The position numbers were made by a program, and so were the translations under genes. From assembly GCA_964356915.1 (NCBI GenBank), contig CAYHJF010000001.1, forward strand, positions 77,743 to 141,742: 64,000 nt of DNA. Direction: 5' to 3'. This document shows, piece by piece, positions 58,936 through 64,000 of this stretch. Positions within the stretch are counted from its first letter, which is position 1, and each line of letters begins with the position of its first letter. Origin of the DNA: an uncultured Candidatus Saccharibacteria bacterium. Its GTDB lineage: Bacteria; Patescibacteriota; Minisyncoccia; Ryanbacterales; GWA2-47-10b. The notes under the pieces were generated by a model. It was not told the origin of the DNA and did not search any database. It saw only the letters and a list, made by a program, of their open reading frames with translations.

Positions 58936-59049
58936 CTACAAAGGAAGATCTTCAAGAGGGAGATTTTCGAGATCAATATCGTCTTCAGTCGCCTCCTTAG
59001 AGAAGGGAGCTTCGTTTTCTTTTTCAGTTTCTTTTTCGTTTGTTTCCAT
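58936..59049 (-). CDS. 37-aa acidic peptide
   Basis: METNEKETEKENEAPFSKEATEDDIDLENLPLEDLPL*. TG-a-TAGGAT extended -10 upstream. Below the ORF-track size cutoff. Confidence 0.5.
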   Translation of the reverse strand: METNEKETEKENEAPFSKEATEDDIDLENLPLEDLPL

Positions 59050-59107
59050 ATTGGACACCGAAATCCTATCACAAAATGTCCGAAATATAAAAAGGCCCAT
59101 TGGGCCT

Positions 59108-59560
59108 TTAATCTCTGAGCATTTTGCTCATTGGTTGAATTTGAACCAAATCTTGGGTCCGAAGCGAACCATCTTTCCTATACGCTTGCTCTTCAAAAAA
59201 TCGTATGAGAGGAACGGGAACATCGGCCTTACTCTGAAGCTTTGCCCCATCAAAAGCATATCGATCAAATCTACTAACCAGCGCGGTGCCAATGCTCCGG
59301 CGTCGGTAGCTAGGATGAACGCATAGATGTTGGAGCAAGACAATACTATGCCCCAGCATACAAAGCCTTATTGTACCGACTGCTTCGTCAGTCCTCCCCT
59401 CTAAAAATGCTAAAAAATGCACAACTCCTCGGGCAAAATCATAGCCATCTTGACCATGCCCCGAGTATCCTACGAGCCGCCGCAGCACTAAAGCTTGTCG
59501 AACATGCTGTGTGAATTGAGCATCTTCAAGATCTGCTACGACAAGATTAATAGCGATCAT
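59108..59560 (-). CDS. GNAT family N-acetyltransferase
   Basis: VGTIRL, LCVHPSYRRRSIGTAL (acetyl-CoA motif A) and FFE..Y. ATGA coupling to the upstream ORF. Confidence 0.8.
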   Translation of the reverse strand: MIAINLVVADLEDAQFTQHVRQALVLRRLVGYSGHGQDGYDFARGVVHFLAFLEGRTDEAVGTIRLCMLGHSIVLLQHLCVHPSYRRRSIGTALVSRFDRYAFDGAKLQSKADVPVPLIRFFEEQAYRKDGSLRTQDLVQIQPMSKMLRD

Positions 59561-59799
59561 GTGTGCGCCTCGGAAACTCGGCGGCGCGTAAAGCGACGAA
59601 CTGGATACCGAGTACCACACTTAACACATTTAAGCTGATCACGCGGATTTTGCATTGGCTTCAGTGAGCCATCACACCTCTTACGAGAAGAAACCCGTCG
59701 ATCATAGAAAAGCAAATCGCCCTCAAGATCATTTACCGTATTCGCGGCGATACGTGGCCTTCGACGGATACCTCTAACATGACGGAATCCTCTCCCCAC
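59557..59799 (-). CDS. Small basic protein with CxxC (possible Zn-ribbon)
   Basis: GGGAGG SD before the GTG, 'CDGSL...LKCVKCG..YP', and a stop overlapping the GNAT ATG. Confidence 0.5.
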   Translation of the reverse strand: MGRGFRHVRGIRRRPRIAANTVNDLEGDLLFYDRRVSSRKRCDGSLKPMQNPRDQLKCVKCGTRYPVRRFTRRRVSEAHT

Positions 59800-59901
59800 C
59801 GATCCTCCCGTGTAATGAAATCCAGAGCAAAAATTAGCACGTAAATATTTTTTTGTAAACGGCACGCATAATAAAAAGCGGCGTGTAGCCGCTCTATTGT
59901 T

Positions 59902-60708
59902 TTATACACCGTGTGCCCATAGATATACTTGAGCTTTGCGAATAAGACCGCTAAGTCGCGCTTGATCGCTCTGCAAGATCGCGAATACAACCTCATCAAG
60001 CGACTGCCATGCTCTTGACCGTACGAGTTGGCCACTTGGATTTAAAAATTGAATGGCTGTCACTAACTCAGGATCATTGATGGCAAACCGCTCTGATGCT
60101 TGCAAGATATTAGTAAAAAGTGGAGTTGCAAATTCTCGACAACGCCCAAGATTGGCATCCAACTTCTCAAGCGTTAAAAGAAAAATAAGACTCGTGAGAT
60201 GTGGGAGCACTTGAACCAAAGACATCATCATGTCGTGCTCTTCTGTAGTAGTCTCGACGATCTCTACCTGAAGAGCTCCGAGAACTCTATCGACAAAATC
60301 GGTCCACTGGTCAAGCCGCGCCCGTACAACCGCGATACGCTCACCGCTCAACGTCAGTTGGCTTGGCGGCCGACACAGAGGATGTAATCCTACAACCTCT
60401 GCTTGTGACTCAAGCATATGAGTAACAACATCATGTTTGAGTGATGCAACATCAATCCATAGTTGGTTGGGTCGTGACAGTGGTACGAGTGCTTGGATCA
60501 CACTCGCAATCGACTGCAACGGCAACACAAAAACCACAACATCAGCGATACGCACGAGTTCTTCATTTGTCATCTCAGTATCAAGGTCTGATCCTAAAAT
60601 ACTCGTGCAAAGATTGCCCTGAGAAAATCGCTGACTCGCGAAAAATGAGCGCAACCACTGACCGTAATGACCTCTGCAACCAACAATACCTACCGTTATG
60701 CGTTGCAT
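59902..60708 (-). CDS. tyrA: Prephenate/arogenate dehydrogenase (TyrA family)
   Basis: GIVGCRGHYG Rossmann motif, DVASLK, GLHP and EEHD.MM..VQ.LPH. GGAGGAG SD before the ATG at 60708. Confidence 0.8.
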   Translation of the reverse strand: MQRITVGIVGCRGHYGQWLRSFFASQRFSQGNLCTSILGSDLDTEMTNEELVRIADVVVFVLPLQSIASVIQALVPLSRPNQLWIDVASLKHDVVTHMLESQAEVVGLHPLCRPPSQLTLSGERIAVVRARLDQWTDFVDRVLGALQVEIVETTTEEHDMMMSLVQVLPHLTSLIFLLTLEKLDANLGRCREFATPLFTNILQASERFAINDPELVTAIQFLNPSGQLVRSRAWQSLDEVVFAILQSDQARLSGLIRKAQVYLWAHGV

Positions 60709-60738
60709 CCACTCCTCCGGCTCGGAATGTAGCACGGG

Positions 60739-60780
60739 CAAAATAAAAAAGCGAGACGCGCGTCTCGCTTTTTTATTTTG
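60739..60780. terminator. Perfect 42-bp palindrome / terminator after fusA
   Basis: CAAAATAAAAAAGCGAGACGC|GCGTCTCGCTTTTTTATTTTG. Confidence 0.85.
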
Positions 60781-60786
60781 AATAAT

Positions 60787-62898
60787 TTATTTTTTACCAG
60801 CCACAATTTCAGCGGCAACATTCTTTGGAACTTCTTCGTATGCAAAGAATTCCATTGAATACGATCCTCGTCCTTCTGTCTTTGACCTAAGGTTTGTCAC
60901 GTATCCAAACATTTCGGAGAGCGGTACTTTCGCATCAATCACTTTCAAGTTAAAACGGTCCTCCATGTGTTCAATACGACCACGCTTTGAGTTAAGATCT
61001 CCCGTAATCTCACCCATGAAATCAGCAGGGACAATAACCTCAACTTTCATGATCGGTTCAAGAAGTACCGGATCCGCACGTCGCGCAGCCTCTTGAAACG
61101 CCATCGAGCCTGCGATCTTAAATGCTGCTTCCGATGAGTCAACATCATGGTATGAACCATCAAAAATCGCAACAAAGACATCAACAATTGGAAACCCCGC
61201 AATAACACCTCTATCAAGTGCCTCTCGAACACCTTTTTGTACGGCGGGAATAAACTCTTGAGGTACTAAACCTCCCTTAATTTCATTTTTAAATTCAAAG
61301 CCTGCGCCAGCCTCGCGAGGCTCAACACGGAGCCATACGTGCCCATACTGACCACGACCTCCTGACTGTTTAATATATTTTCCTTCTGCCTGCGCTGCTT
61401 TCTTAATTGTTTCTTTATACGCAACTTGTGGCTTCCCAACATTCGCCTCTACTTTAAATTCGCGCTTCATGCGATCAACAATAATTTCAAGATGCAACTC
61501 TCCCATACCCGAAATAATTGTCTCGAGCGTTTCTTGATTTGTAGAAATACGAAACGTTGGATCTTCTTCAGAAAGACGACGAAGTGCAATACCCATTCTT
61601 TCTTGATCTACTTTTGTTTTTGGTTCAATTTTGAGATCTACAACGGGTTCGGGGAATGTAATTTGTTCGAGAATAATTTTGTGATCAGGGTCACAGAGCG
61701 TATCACCGGTCGTCGTGCCTTTGAGACCGACAATTGCGGCAATCTCTCCGGCGTGCACCTCTTTTACTTCTTCGCGATGATTTGCGTGCATACGAAGAAT
61801 ACGGCCAACTCGTTCCTGCTGATCTTTGGTCGTATTATATATATATGATCCTGCGGTTAGCATACCCGAATATACACGAAAATATGTTAGCTGGCCGACA
61901 AAAGGATCGGTCTGGAGTTTAAATGCGAGCGCTGAAAAAGGAGCCTCATCATTTGTCTCACGTGTCGCTTCCGTATTGGTCTTCGGATCAATACCTACAA
62001 CTGGGGGAAGATCCTGTGGACTTGGTAAGTAGTCAATAACCGCATCAAGTACCAACTGAACTCCTTTATTCTTAAGAGCCGAACCACAAAATACTGGAAT
62101 GAGACGGTATGCAATACATGCTTTACGTAGTGCTTTTTTCAGCTCATCCACAGATATCTCTTTTCCTTCAAGATATCGCTCGGTCAACGAATCATCAGTC
62201 TCAACAATTCTTTCAATCAAATCATGGTGCGCCCTCTCTGCCTCAGCCTTCATATCTTCTGGGATGTCTCCTTCGATAATCTTTTCTCCATGCTCACCCT
62301 CTGATCGATATGCTTTCATCTTGAGTACATCAACGATACCGGCAAAGTCTCCCTCTAACCCGATTGGGAGTTGCATGGCAATCGCATTTGGAGAAAGGCG
62401 CTCAAGAATTGATTTGTAACTGCGATCAAAAGACGCGCCCATACGATCAAGTTTGTTGATAAAACAAATACGCGGCACTTCGTATTTATCCGCTTGTCGC
62501 CATACCGTCTCTGACTGCGGCTCCACGCCCGCGACTCCATCGAAAACAACAACTCCTCCATCAAGTACACGCAGCGAACGTTCTACTTCTACGGTAAAGT
62601 CTACGTGCCCCGGAGTATCAATGATATTAATACGATACTCGTTATCTTTATTTTGTTTTTCCTTTGGAAGATATGATGGCCTCCAAAAACATGTGGTTGC
62701 AGCTGATGTAATCGTAATACCGCGCTCACGTTCTTGCTCCATCCAGTCCATCGTCGCCTCACCTTCATGAACTTCGCCAATCTTATGCGAAACACCTGTA
62801 TAAAATAATACCCGTTCGGAGACGGTTGTTTTTCCAGCATCAATGTGCGCAATAATACCGATATCGCGCACGCGTTCCAAAGGATAATCTCGTGCCAT
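60787..62898 (-). CDS. fusA: Elongation factor G
   Basis: [17 protein letters not shown] and GMGELHL motifs. Confidence 0.99.
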   Translation of the reverse strand: MARDYPLERVRDIGIIAHIDAGKTTVSERVLFYTGVSHKIGEVHEGEATMDWMEQERERGITITSAATTCFWRPSYLPKEKQNKDNEYRINIIDTPGHVDFTVEVERSLRVLDGGVVVFDGVAGVEPQSETVWRQADKYEVPRICFINKLDRMGASFDRSYKSILERLSPNAIAMQLPIGLEGDFAGIVDVLKMKAYRSEGEHGEKIIEGDIPEDMKAEAERAHHDLIERIVETDDSLTERYLEGKEISVDELKKALRKACIAYRLIPVFCGSALKNKGVQLVLDAVIDYLPSPQDLPPVVGIDPKTNTEATRETNDEAPFSALAFKLQTDPFVGQLTYFRVYSGMLTAGSYIYNTTKDQQERVGRILRMHANHREEVKEVHAGEIAAIVGLKGTTTGDTLCDPDHKIILEQITFPEPVVDLKIEPKTKVDQERMGIALRRLSEEDPTFRISTNQETLETIISGMGELHLEIIVDRMKREFKVEANVGKPQVAYKETIKKAAQAEGKYIKQSGGRGQYGHVWLRVEPREAGAGFEFKNEIKGGLVPQEFIPAVQKGVREALDRGVIAGFPIVDVFVAIFDGSYHDVDSSEAAFKIAGSMAFQEAARRADPVLLEPIMKVEVIVPADFMGEITGDLNSKRGRIEHMEDRFNLKVIDAKVPLSEMFGYVTNLRSKTEGRGSYSMEFFAYEEVPKNVAAEIVAGKK

Positions 62899-62916
62899 AT
62901 ATAGTTTAGAAATTAA

Positions 62917-63387
62917 TTACCAAGAAAAATGTGCGAACGCTTTGTTTGCTTCTGCCATACGATGTGTATCAAGTTTCTTCTTGATTGCACTTCCTTCGTT
63001 CTTTGACGCGAGCATCAACTCTTCAGCAAGTTTTTGAGCCATCGGCTTTCCCTTCTTTGAGCGTGCTGCGTCTAAAAGCCATCTCATTGCGAGCGCAACG
63101 CGACGATTACCGCTCACTTCTCGTGGCACCTGATAGTTTGCACCTCCTACACGACGAGACTTTACCTCAACGAGCGGACCGATATTGATGATTGCTTCGT
63201 TCAGTAATTTTACTGGCTCAGCAACTTTGTGAGTAGTTTTTATAAATTCGATTGCATCGTAAACAACGCTGCGAGCAACGGACTTCTTGCCGCTCAACAT
63301 AACATTATTAATCAAGCGCTCAACCATAAAATCCCCAAACATTGGGTCAGCATTTAATGGTCGTTTTGTTGCTCGTTTACGTCGCAT
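62917..63387 (-). CDS. rpsG: 30S ribosomal protein S7
   Basis: SRRVGGANYQVP and HRMAEANKAF motifs. Confidence 0.98.
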   Translation of the reverse strand: MRRKRATKRPLNADPMFGDFMVERLINNVMLSGKKSVARSVVYDAIEFIKTTHKVAEPVKLLNEAIINIGPLVEVKSRRVGGANYQVPREVSGNRRVALAMRWLLDAARSKKGKPMAQKLAEELMLASKNEGSAIKKKLDTHRMAEANKAFAHFSW

Positions 63388-63399
63388 ACTATATTAAAA

Positions 63400-63816
63400 T
63401 TATTTTGCTTTTGGGCGCTTTGCACCATACTTCGAACGACCCTGTCTGCGACTCTCGACGCCAGAGGCATCAAGTACGCCACGAACAATATGATAACGAA
63501 CACCTGGCAAGTCTTTAACACGACCACCGCGGATCATAACCACCGAATGCTCCTGAAGATTGTGACCGATACCAGGAATATATGCAGTAACTTCAGTTCC
63601 ATTAGTCAACCGAACGCGAGCTACTTTACGAATAGCGGAGTTTGGTTTTTTTGGAGTCTGGGTAGTTACCTTTACGCATACACCTCGCTTGAAAGGGGAA
63701 GCGTAATAAATCGGGCGGTTATGAATTGAATTAAAACCAACTTGAAGAGCCGGGGCTTTTGATTTCCTCGGGGCTGCTTTTCTTCCTTTTCGTACTAATT
63801 GCTGAATCGTTGGCAT
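63400..63816 (-). CDS. rpsL: 30S ribosomal protein S12
   Basis: [16 protein letters not shown] and [10 protein letters not shown] motifs. Confidence 0.98.
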   Translation of the reverse strand: MPTIQQLVRKGRKAAPRKSKAPALQVGFNSIHNRPIYYASPFKRGVCVKVTTQTPKKPNSAIRKVARVRLTNGTEVTAYIPGIGHNLQEHSVVMIRGGRVKDLPGVRYHIVRGVLDASGVESRRQGRSKYGAKRPKAK

Positions 63817-63833
63817 AAAAACAAGTATATCCG

Positions 63834-63862
63834 AGAATACCAAAGGAAAGGTTGCTGGTCAA
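63834..63862 (-). promoter_or_regulatory. str operon promoter
   Basis: TTGACC-17-TATTCT. Confidence 0.65.
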
Positions 63863-64000
63863 GAGGTTCAAGGCTGCAGCACGTCACCTCATATCAAAAA
63901 CAAATAAAAATACCTCTCGCGATTCACGAAAGGCATGATTAGAAAATTAACGCGCCGCCGTTACTGGCAGGCGCAGGGGACGCCCGCGGTGGACGCCTTG

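Noticed and set aside
1-64000. Alternative genetic code (UGA=Gly, as in Gracilibacteria/Absconditabacteria)
   Set aside because: Conserved genes are full-length under code 11, and several end in TGA at ATGA overlaps (leuS, metG, ileS, rplN).
1-64000. CRISPR array, rRNA, tRNA genes, introns or inteins
   Set aside because: I saw no regularly spaced repeats and no cloverleaf other than the tmRNA ends. The aaRS insertions lack intein Cys/His-Asn termini. A by-eye scan could miss a divergent tRNA.

Overview
This 64-kb window looks like a Patescibacteria (CPR, Parcubacteria-like) chromosome segment. The evidence is that rpmD/uL30 is missing between rpsE and rplO, GlyRS is the alpha2 type, RecO is truncated, ComEC is split, and the standard code is used (TGA is stop). 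Most genes are on the minus strand. The window holds the str/S10/spc ribosomal cluster through secY-adk-map, tpiA/pgk/galT, a ComEC/nuclease/nucleotide-salvage block, infC-rpmI-rplT, smpB with tmRNA, and five aminoacyl-tRNA synthetases. LeuRS carries a Nudix insertion and IleRS a histidine-phosphatase insertion plus a GLHH motif. The most striking pattern is two expression regimes. Many housekeeping genes look leaderless or SD-less. About ten accessory genes instead have their own promoter, a clear Shine-Dalgarno and usually a terminator, and sit between core genes, even inside the str and S10 operons. They include a probable outer-membrane beta-barrel, PlsC, TyrA, a GNAT and two GC-rich ORFans, and two are frameshifted at simple-sequence repeats. 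A small foldable element duplicating the tmRNA 3' end follows ssrA. All calls come from motif recognition by eye, and no database searches were run.
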